In this document: positions 11,101 to 23,100 of the stretch, piece after piece
How positions within the stretch are numbered: position 1 is the stretch's first letter
Layout of the letters: each line of letters opens with the position of its first letter
Assembly (NCBI GenBank): GCA_030141605.1
Contig: JAQGDQ010000002.1
Span: forward strand, 2,790,001-2,854,000
Direction: 5' to 3'
Length of the DNA stretch: 64,000 nt
DNA from: Tubiluchus corallicola
Taxonomy: Eukaryota > Animalia > Priapulida
The notes under the pieces: generated by a model
What the model saw: only the letters and a program-made list of their open reading frames with translations
Told to the model about the DNA's origin: nothing
Database searches by the model: none
Made by a program: the position numbers and the translations under genes

Positions 11101-14100
11101 ATGTGAAAATAAACATGCTACTGAACATTTTATTTAATTATATACATAACCGTTTATTTTATTATTGCAATATAATGTAATTTCCAAGATAGGTCGCAAA
11201 GTGTCATCTTTCATAGCATTTACAATGTAAACAAAATAATTATATTAGCAACCATTGCACATAAAATTAAGAACTACGGCTATAATCAAAGATCCCATCA
11301 AAAGTTTTTGGTACATTAATCTGATTCCAAGGTTCAGGGGAAGAGATGCTCGAAGAAGTAACACACATTCTCCACTTATTTCCCATGCGGTCTTATATTG
11401 TATCCACTTGACCCTGGTCTGGGAGATTCATGGGCACATAAATAAATTATAAAATACTTAATTGATACAATATAACAATTAAGCTACTCTCACACAAACT
11501 ACATATACCAAGCTGAGAAACTGACTAGCAATGTTAAAACATTATCCAGTACTGAAAATTGCAACTGTAAGAATGATTATAATTCTTTTTTGCATCCTTA
11601 CATAAGACTTTTTACGTAAATGCATTTTAATATTTTCAATTGTGTGTTGAAATGCATTGAAAGGTAGATCTCTGCATGCCGCACGGGTATTCTGCTAAAT
11701 ATTTGTCACCTTTTCTTGAGCCAGTGATAAACAAATTACAAAATAAACAAATAGTCATAAGCCCAAACTACATGATTATTGCCTGCCAAACTCACACTAT
11801 ACAATTATTTGCTCATCACACATTCTCTGAATTATTAGCTGCACGCAGCTCAGACCAGGCATTAGCTTGAACTAAAAGGTGCAAATAATGAGGGAAGCCA
11901 ATTAGATCTTTCCCCCACAGGTTATTTAAGAGCTCTGATTGCCAGCAAATTTGCACTTGATGCGCATTAGCCCGACAACAAGAGGCAGATGGCTTTATTC
12001 ATAGACAGCTTGCCCATGGTACAAAACAAGGTGCTCTTCCTATAAGCAGTTAATACATGAAGTTAACAGATGTTATACAAGATGTGGAAATACACACGCT
12101 TCAAATAACGATAAAGGTAAAACAATTTTTGGACTATAACTATTATTGATAGGCAAAGCGCAATGACGAACTGAACATGAGGTTTTCTTTCCAAATGAGT
12201 AAACACATATAGAAGTATTATAACAATAATAGTTATAATGAACTTAGATTGTTATTGTATGGAAAATGCTCTGTGTAGCCACAATTTTCTTCTACGTATA
12301 CTTACTAAATTGCAATTTCTATTGCTTACATAACAGCTCATATTTACAAAGCTCTGTGAGGTTTTTCTCAATTATTCATAAATTTACATTATGTTAAACA
12401 AACAAAAGGCTGAATTCTTTATACCTACTATAAATGAGTTAGGTGGTCTTAACTGTTTATCAGAATTTAGCTTCTTTACTATATGAAGGCATTAAAAGTA
12501 CATACAAATTAGAAAAACAACATGTAACTATAGTACAATCATACAAAGAAATATCATGTTATATAATACATTAAGTTAGAAATTATACTTAAATTTCAGC
12601 TTTAATTTTCAATTACTTTGAAAATCATAAACATCTGATTGGCAGGTTTGCTTTTTTCAAAATGGGGATTATGGTAAATTCTCGTGCTCTTGATGGAAAA
12701 ACAGCAATTAAGTTTCTTAAAGATTTTAAGGATTCTTCATCATAGATTTTTATTATCATTATTTGATAATGTAGTATTGGCAAATAAAAATTATTTTATT
12801 TTATTCTTGTTTTATGGACTTTAAATATCAGGAATAAAATAAATAAAAATAATAATAATAGCAAAATAATAACAATAACCTATTAATCTGTAACAGGTTA
12901 ACTAGGTAACCTAAAAGTAAGCGAGATAGCCAAAAAAGGTGAGAGATTACGAAAATAATTTTACGTTTTTATGATAAGACCTATGTCTATGATAGCTTTT
13001 TACAGAATTTGTGTACTACATTTCATGTGCAAACCACAAGTTTTGAACATTTACAAGTTCCAAGTATTTCAGCTACACATATAATTTTTTACTAGCAGAG
13101 ATCATGTGCAGTATCATGTGCATCGGTATCACTATTTTTTGTATCATGAGCAGTAACTCCTTAATCTTATAAATGGATCTAAATCACAGGAAGTGTACAT
13201 AAAGCTCACTGTTAACAGTGTGAAAATTGTCTGTGCATCAAAGAGCAACTAGCTGGCATATACCTTAGGTTGATTCGTTATGGTAACGATTAACGACTAG
13301 TAATTTGAGTGGTGTTTGAACACACACAGACAGGTTCTTCTGTTATTTTACATCATTAACGAATGGTCTCTACAGGCCCGGGGCATTATGCCGCAGTTTA
13401 AACTTGTTTTTGAGTCATTAAATGAAGTTCCAAATAAACCATTTGTTGAAAGCACTAGTCTTTTAATACTTGTTAACAGTCACGTCTTATAGTTCTGTCT
13501 GAAGATGCTAGTTTGATTATGCCAAAACTTCATGTGATAAATTTTTATATTTTTTGCATTCTAGGAATTATTACATTGACAGTTCTTGTCTGAGTTTTAC
13601 TGTAAGTTTCATAATGTTCATCAATTGTTACTTCAACATGTGCAAATGTGTATGAATATCCAATAAGCTTACGCTACAGAAAAAAATAGATTAAACTTGT
13701 ATTTATAATGCAATAGTCAATTCTGCTGAATAAAGTTACGAAGGTGCATAAAACACTGCTGCTGAACTAGACTCACAATTAATGTTATCACAATATAGTT
13801 TCGAAATAGACCAGTTTTGTCATTAAAATCGTATAATTAAATGAGATTTGCTTACTTAATGAACTGTGGTGAGATAAATAGCTTAGAGGGTGGGTGTGAG
13901 CTCTACCTCAGCTATAAATTTACACAATGATGGACATTGTTACAATGAATGGATAGGTGATGGCTACGTCTCTCATTCAGGCTGGATATACGTACATTGA
14001 ACGTGGTTAACATACCCCAGCCACGTACCTCATCTTAGAGAATTATCATTGTTAATAACTAACAAGTAACAATTGCAAAGCTAAAAACATTTCGACCAAC

Positions 14101-17100
14101 TAAGGACCTTTATATTTTTTTTACACTTCAAATCTTAATAAAGTAAAGCAAAAATATAATTTGCCCTAAAATCTTGTAGACCTACAAGATAGAAGACATA
14201 GAAGAGACAATAACTGGCTTCATACTAATGTGGCTTATTTGGACAGGCATTAGCTCTGAATAGCTAGCACACAATTAAGAGGCAATATCGTTTAGTGAGG
14301 TACATAATAGTTTTCACTAACAATAAAATTGCACTTAACTCATTAGAACCTTCATCTATTAATACAGAATGTTGAGTACAAATTTAATAATGAAAAGTTT
14401 TGTGCCAATATTTCAGGAACAACAAAGAATGAATGAAAACACCGTCTAAATCAGAAAATCAGTTATTAAAATGTGCAATAGGAATCAGTCAAGTTGGAAA
14501 ATCCCGGACAAGTGCTGAAGTCAAAAGTAAGATTTGGTCATTCGAGGCTGGAGATGTATTGGAGAAGTAACTAAAGTTAATGATGAGATATAAAAATGAG
14601 CAAGATGGTTAATGTGTTTTGAAAAACCATGGAAAACATCACCAACAGCACAATACCACAAATTCTAGACAACATAAATGATACTTTAGAAACTGTAAGA
14701 AAAGATTCAAATGTAGCACCAGCACAAGATATAAAGAAGTTGATTACAACCATATGGTGGATTTATAAGGTGCTATTTCCAACTGTTTTGATCGTTGGAT
14801 TTATTGGAAACAGTTTAAATTTGATTGTGCTGTGGGGAAAAAGAAAAAAGCTAAGTTCTGTAACGTACGTATATTTACGTGGGATAGCTATTGCTGATTT
14901 CATGACAATAGTTAGCTATACCGTGTATTTGGCAACTCAGTTTCTCATAAATCCAATAAAGAAACCAAAAGCTCTTGCCACCTACTATGCACATGCTCAT
15001 TTTCCATTTCTAAACACTTTTATAGCTACGAGTAATTTATTGGTTATGACAGTAACAGTTGATCGATTCTTGTCAATATGCTTTCCCCTGAAAACACTGG
15101 GAATGCGTACTCGCTGTTTTGCACGAATCACTGTTATCACATGTGCTCTGGTTGCATTTGCAATTCATATTCCAGACATGTTAGCGAACAGAGTAGCAAA
15201 GTTTCGAGATTTAAGATACAATGTAACGTATTGGGATCCCACGCCTAATCAAATAATCACAGAGGCAAATTGGTATAAATTGGTTTGGCCATGGGTGACA
15301 GTGTTGGTTGTTCATGTGTTACCATTATGTAGTCTGATTACTTTGAACCCATTAATACTCAGTGCACTTCGTCAGCGTTCTCTTAAACGCCAGGAAATGA
15401 CGCAGGCAAAAGTAATCAATGCAGACACATTGAAGTATGTAAGAGAAGAACGGAATCTCACTATTCTACTGGTAGCAATCTCAGTAGTATTCATATTCTG
15501 CACACTTCCGATGAGTGTTGTTAAGCTGCTGGATCGGATGCAAAGCCATTTACAAAAAATTATAAAGTATAAGATGCTCCTACACAGTGCCAACCTGATT
15601 GAAGTTGTCAACTATGCAGCAAATTTCTATGCATATAGTATTACCAATGCTCAGTTTCGTAAGGCATGCATAGAAATCTTCAAAAAATGCATTAAAGTGT
15701 TTTCATTCCAAAATCGCACTCTGGCAGTTATTCACCAAAGTAGAAATCAGGGATCATCTATAGACTCAATCAGGACAATTGGAACACAGGTCTCGCTGGA
15801 TGAATTGCAGGAGAAATCAAAACAATGGCAAGATTTTGACACTCAGGAAGGCTACAACCAATCAACTTTCTTGTAAGAAGAAGCCTCCTCAATTTCGCTC
15901 AGTTATATAATATTATCATAACTAGTAAGAGCTGTCATTAGATGGAATTGAAGTCTGGTTAAAAATATAAAGACCAAGGACAAAAAACACGATGCAGTAC
16001 TTTACCTGGCAAGTTTCGGCGGTAGCCATCATCAGCCAACTATGCCAGAATGGATCTGTTTCATAGCTTTAAGTTTAATTGGCTGACGATTGCTGTTTGC
16101 ACAGCGAAACATACTAACTAACTAAAGTTCTGTATCCTGTTTTTTTACAAAGTTTACCTTCGTATTTTTTTATTAGTAAGATTTTTTGAATGCAAATAAC
16201 CCAGAATGACTATTATGTAAGTGAGAGTTAAAGCAAAAGCCAAGTCTCAGGGGAAGTTGAGCTCATTTTAATATCTAAGAAAATGTTACGAAGTTTCAGC
16301 AATAAAATTGCGATAAGCACCTAGTGTAATTAAGAAAGTCAATTTAAAGTCGCGAACGAAAAACAACATAATCCGTTACCATGCAGTATAAACACTTATC
16401 CTACCAGGTGCTTCAGCGAACTTCTTTTGCAGCTACAGTTACCATTATAAACTATAAGCAATCCAAAATGGGATAAAGGAGAGATTATTAACACTATTTT
16501 TTGCTTTTTGATGAATCCCGTTGCCCACTACATAATGAAATAAAAATAACGATAATATAATAGTCTCCAGCCCTGCAAGTTAACGTAAACAAAGTAACAG
16601 AATAATTACTTTAACAAGCCAAAACTGAATTCTATAAGCTAAGTAAACTGCCCAGCACCTTTTATAAGCAGGCAACTTTGCAGAATTTGATGCTTATCTG
16701 TAATTATAGTAGGCGCCACTTAATAGACTCAATTGCTTAATTGACTCAAAAATGCCTGGAACGGGCAGCTTCTATTCAAATATACATAAAAACTATCGGT
16801 AAGTGACTCAAATAACTCCGCATAATTGACTCAGTATTTTTCCTTCACCTACTTAAAATAAGATATTTGTATGTACCCAAAGAACCTTTCCTACTGTTAT
16901 GTCATCTTTACTTCCCTTTTGTGCACTATGTATGCAGAAACAAACATGTTAAGTACCATTTTGTTTATAAGCAGGTACGTTTATCATGCACTAATATGGT
17001 AGCATAGCGGTTTGGCTTTGAATGTGTTACCCAAAGAATTTCTGAAAGCTAAACATTTAATCACTTGCCTAGTGGTTTCCTTTTGATGCTCTCGTTGCAA

Positions 17101-20100
17101 ATCATGCTTTCAGGCTAAATGGGTTAACAGTCAAAGATGCAGGTACAGTAATCAGCCGGTATTCCTTGTGACTTATAAGAGTAAACATCGTACAGCAAAT
17201 AAGGGCAATATAAGTGAGCAAACGATTCAGAACTGTTTTACTCACACATAACAAATAACGTTTTTATAATTACGAGAACTTAGTGGGCCAACTTCTTCGC
17301 GAGAAAATGAAGCAGCCGACTTTGAAGGAACTTTTGTAATTTTTGCAAATAAACAGAAAAGTCTGTGATTTAGAAAAGTATACATTTAAATTTATTGCTA
17401 ATTCATTTATATAAATTAATATTTTTTCCAATTTTTAACTGCACAAAGGAATTTAGGCATTACTTCATTTCTAAAATTCATTAAAAACTTTTGTAGTGCA
17501 TAGTAAGCTGATGACTCATGCTCCTATACCTGTAATACTACACCCATCGATTAATAGATTCAGCCAATTAATTGGGTCAAAACATGTGGGTCCCAAAGTG
17601 AGTTTACTAAGCGGCGCCTACTGTATATTGTACAGTGCTTGTGCATTCTGAGGTATAATCCTGTGAATTAAAGCTATGTAAGCACTTTAAAGTTATTGCA
17701 AAAATTTAGCAAGCCAGAATAACGAAATTTCTGAGTGAATTGCAGTAGCACTGTTATGTGTTATCCTTTGTGCTGTCCACCAACTTACGTCACTCTTTTC
17801 AAATGCCCACAGCGAGGTGCACTTAGTAGGAGATACAAATGATTTAAATTTCTTTTGCATTTTGAAGCAAGGCATTTTACGTGCATATATTACGTGGTAA
17901 TTTCAATAATTTTAAGTACATATTAGAATACAATGAATGTTGTTCGATGGTTAGTTTTTCCCTTTAATAAGGAATGTCAATTGCAGAAAGAAAAATAAGA
18001 TAATTAGACTGGGTGAATCACTGGAGGATGCAAATTACATCAACTTATGCAATCTGACTTGTAGGCAGTAACATGTAAATTTATTTTAATGTAACGAATT
18101 TACTGTAATGTAATGAATGTAATTTTAATTGTAATGTAATGTAATTTCACTTTAGAGTGCCCAACTACTTTTTTTGCTGAAAAAACATTGATAAAAATAT
18201 CTTGTGTTCAGTTACATGGTTTTGCATTATTTTTTTATTACAAGACTTTCAAATGGCACAGAATTTTTTCTGGGAAATTTCTTTACCACAAAGTATAACA
18301 GGATCAAGAGTCAAAACAAGTTTAAAAATAGGAGCAAATCGTATATATTAATTTTGGTGGTATGTTATATATACATATAGAAATCTTATATATATATATA
18401 TATAAGATTTCTATAGATAAGATATATATATAAAACGCAAATATATTGTTTTGACGCAAAGCCATTGTTTTGACGTCATCCATTATATTCTGCTTATAAC
18501 CTTATAACTTTAATTCAGCAAAAGCTGCTATTGGCTTTGCGTTATAAATGAGGACTATGTAGGATGTTTGCGCATTATTGATTACAGGTGTATTTATGTG
18601 CAAAATTTTTGCGGGGCCTTCGCTAGTATATATGAATATTTAAAAATTAACGAAGATTAACTATACAATAACAAGGAGATTTAATTTTTATAATAACAGG
18701 CAGGATGAAGATGAATGGTAATTTTTAAGTCAATACAGTAATCATTTAATTATGGCACACACAAAATGCATCATTTTAGCGAGAGTGAGCTGCAAACATG
18801 TTGGCCTTGTCACAATCCAATCAAAACTGCTGTTAACAAACAGAGTTTACCATACAAGAAAGAGTGAAACAGGAAACAGGCCATAATGCACAGCACATTT
18901 AGTGTATGATTGACACCTGCACTTAGAAAAATATGCCAGATCTATAAAGCTGAATTATTTGCTACAACAATACGAAAACGTGGCCCATATTGAGATACTT
19001 GGATAACTCGGCACAAGGAATAATCTTAAGTGATTTGTGGTGATCTTTGATAATTTAATTTATTAAGTTGTTCTAAAAATCACCATAAATCACTTAAGAT
19101 AATGCCAGTAGGGGCTACGTTTTCTTGTTGCAGTACCAAATGCTTGTGCAATTAAGATAATTCTTTTTTATTACGACTAAGAATTCAGAATAAACAAACC
19201 ATACGATGTGTAACTGAGCAAGTAAAAAGAAGAATTTCAATATAACAGAACGTAGCACAACATGACATCACATGATTCGACATGATATAATGTAACTGTT
19301 TACTTATTCTTTTCCAGTAACGGTAAAAACAAGATTCCAGCCAAAAGCTTGTGCTGTAGAGTGAGTAAAGGAACTAAGAACCAAAAGAATGAGTAAATGG
19401 ATTTAGTAAAGAGAAATGAAGATAATTAATTTCACAGAAATTCCAGTATTTTTCCACGAGTTAGTGAACTTCAAGAAAGAAAAGTTACAACATAAGTTCC
19501 TTACAATTATGAAGTAAGCAAATTTTAAAGGTAAAACAGAAAAACAAACTTCATGTCAGACATGGGAATATTTTTAGATTTTCAACAACTATAGCACAAC
19601 TTCTACAAGCATCAATAGAATCAAATTCAATTCACATAAATAGAAAAATAGCCATACAAAATTTGGAAACAATACCTGGGATTAATATGGTCTAAAGCCA
19701 TCTCCATAACTTGTGCAATTCCGTACTTCTCCACTAAGTGTATATCAAAGTGCTTGATATTAAATTCGTCTAGTAAGTACCTTCAATGCAGAAGGAAAGA
19801 ATTACAAATTGAAACATTCCTTACTAATGTTAAGTTTACAATATTCAATAACTACTTTCATTTAACAGAGAAATAATAATATAAATCGGTTTCGGTGTAT
19901 TAATCTTTCTATAATTTCCACATTAGCACTACAACTAGATTTAGTACAACCAGTTTAAAGAATTTAAAAATTGCCGCATTATGAGCAAACCTACTGTTTG
20001 TGAGATAAGATGAACCAAAGAAAAATACACAAAAAAATTGCTCAAATATAACATTAGAATATTTCTTAAGGCTTACTCATTTATTATTGTGAATGTCTGT

Positions 20101-23100
20101 ATTATAATGTGTTAATGGTTGTATAAATTCATATAATGAATAACTATATCAGTCGTCGTTTTCAAATACAATCATTTAATGAAAATTCATTTTGAATAAA
20201 TGGATTTGTGATTGCTTTACCATGACAGTTTTTATAAAAAATTCATAGGTGGATGAAAAATGATGCACTTGTCAACATTAGACAGCTGGCGTTGAAGTCA
20301 AAGTCTAAAAAAAGACTAAATAAGAAATAGTAGTAAAAAGTAAAACTACACTACAATTGGAATATATAGAGCAGCTACTAAACAAAATTAATAAATACAT
20401 TGGCACAAAGGCTATAGCTGACCTAGATTTCTAATTATTTTGTTTACCATATAAATACACTGGACTGCCTACATGAGTACCTCATTGACAAGGATGTGTT
20501 TAATCACATGTGTTTGTCCATAGCATGTGGATCTATTGACATGACACAATAAATTTGTCTGGAAATATAAGCCTTTAGTGTAATGCAAGAGAAACAGAAC
20601 CTCGCTGTAGCAAGCTCAGCGATAAATATCCTTTGTTTTGGCCAGCTTTAACAGTTTCCAAGCACATCATTTATTTATACACATACTCATAATCTAATAC
20701 TTCTGTAGCATCTGCAAAAATGTCACTAAAATCGCCAAAACTGTTAACACAAAAGCTGAGACTTTGCTTGAAAAATAACATATTCAGCAGATGTAAACTG
20801 CTAAAACAGTTCAGCTTAAAGGAACTTATAGGTCTCACAGTTTGCATAGAGTAGCCAAAAGTAGGTACAGGTAATAGCATTTTTTCAGAAGCAACTGAAT
20901 AATAGTTAAAAAACAAAAAGCAAATACATGTGAGTGATATAGCACATTATTCAGAGTTCTATTTCTACAACAACTTAAATGAAATAATTAAGGTTTAGAA
21001 GTCTAGCATGTCTCTAAATCAAAACTTACTTGCTTTTAAATAAACATGCACATTTATATTCAAATTTACAGTGTAGGATCGTAGGGTTGTGATAAGTAAG
21101 GCGCTACTGTAATTTGCTATAATTCCTTGTAGATAGCGCTTTGCAAATATTTGATATAGGTGAAAGATTTGCTAATCGCAAATCCTTTGTTGCCTTCAGT
21201 GCCTTTAGTTAGACAGATGAGACGCAACTGCTTGATGTAGAAGTTAGTTTGTCAATTACCCAATTAGGATGATCAAGTTTGTGCTAATGATGACTTTGGA
21301 CAAAAAGATATGCACCTAAAAAGCAGACAATTATTCTGACAGTGACAGCATGATTGTACAAGCCTTGTTTATATTTACTGCCAAGTTTAAAAGTATTTTT
21401 TGTCAAATACCACACAGCGCTATTGTACTAAGCAATGCACCTGCTGCACGTTTGTTTAGTATTGGTGCTGGGATTAATGTGAAAAAATAAATAGACTACC
21501 TAAATTAACTTTTACTTTTTGTTTTCAAAAATCCTGTGTTTTATCTTTCTCAGTTTTATTAAGGTTTAGATAAGCATAAAGACACAGCATAAAAAAGACA
21601 AAATTGTCTTTATAATTTTTTATAATTGTCATTGTAATGACATTTCAGAGTTTTTTAATTAGCAATTTACTAGTCAGATGTACCTGTAGCTAAGTACTTT
21701 TTAATAGTAGCTGATCCAACACTGCAAATTTAAAAGTCGGCAGTAAAAATAATTAACAAGATCGTAACAATGCTATATTATAGACTCACTTCTCTCCAAC
21801 ATCAATATCCCTGAGTCCAATATACACAATATCTTTAGCTTTCAAACTGCAATAGAGAAACATATCATGAGATTAATCAGTTAGTGAACTTTGCTTCATC
21901 AATTCACATCCCAAATCTGTCTCAGGTCAATACTTTACCTTGGCTTCATCCACTCCCATCCAGGCATCTTAGGAATAAACTGTGCTAACTCCTTGATTGG
22001 AAAAGCTCCGCTCATGCCATGAATGTGCCCAGTGAAGCTAGTCAGTGCTGTGTTAATATCGGCATGTGCGTCTACCCAAATGACGCACAGGTGGGGGTGC
22101 GCCCGAGTGTGTCCATATATGGCGCCTGCGCTAAGGCTGTGATCACCCCCGAGATTTACGCAGATTCCCTGTTCTTGAACGGACTTCTTCACGGCATCAG
22201 AGATCTGTTCAGATAAAGACAACAATAAAATTGTGCTGCAATTTATGTCGGAAGTGAAGCTGATTAACAAGGAAAAGCTAGTAATATAATTTGCTTAAAA
22301 TAAGATATTGCAAGGCATACATTATTTACATTTACGACTCTGCTTACCAGTTTATTAGCTAAACCATTTGTGCGTGGGTACTTAATTCTGTTCGGACCAA
22401 AAGGTGGATCATCCTGCAGGATCTCAAACTCCAAATCCCCATAATCGTGTACTTCCCAACCTGAAAAGACGTAGTTTTGCAGGCATGAGCAGATTATTAA
22501 AATTGAAAAGAAAAAACCAGATCCTAGCAGAGACTGAATATTTGAATACCAAGAATTTACAAGCACATTCTTTACAGACAGATTTTACGAGCAATAAACA
22601 GACTTTCAAGGCTGGAACAGAAAAACGAATTTATGAGTATGGGAAACAGATGATATACATATGTGTGTGTGTGCATCTTGGGAATACGTCAGCTACAAAC
22701 TTTTATTTAATGCAAGATTTCGATAAATTTTTTTATCAATGCAAAACAAAACATTTACAAATCATTCAGCAGAAGGCATGCCATAATTTGATTGCAGCTA
22801 GCAATAATAAGACAGAACCATTTTCTAGATCAGTGCCACATACACTAGTTATTACACAAGGTTTGGTGGTTTGTCAGTTGGATTTGCATAAGAGCAAAGG
22901 TATCTGATACATCCAACATCCAAATATTGTAAATCAGGCCAACCACATTGACACTGTTGGTAAAAACCATGCAGATGAACTGACTGTAAGGTGCCAATTC
23001 TAAGTCCATATCTAATTAAAGCTAAAGCAAAAAAACAGCAATGCCCAGTGTGCTTGTTACTGACATCAAATAGACCAAGTTTTAAAATAGAACATTTGCT

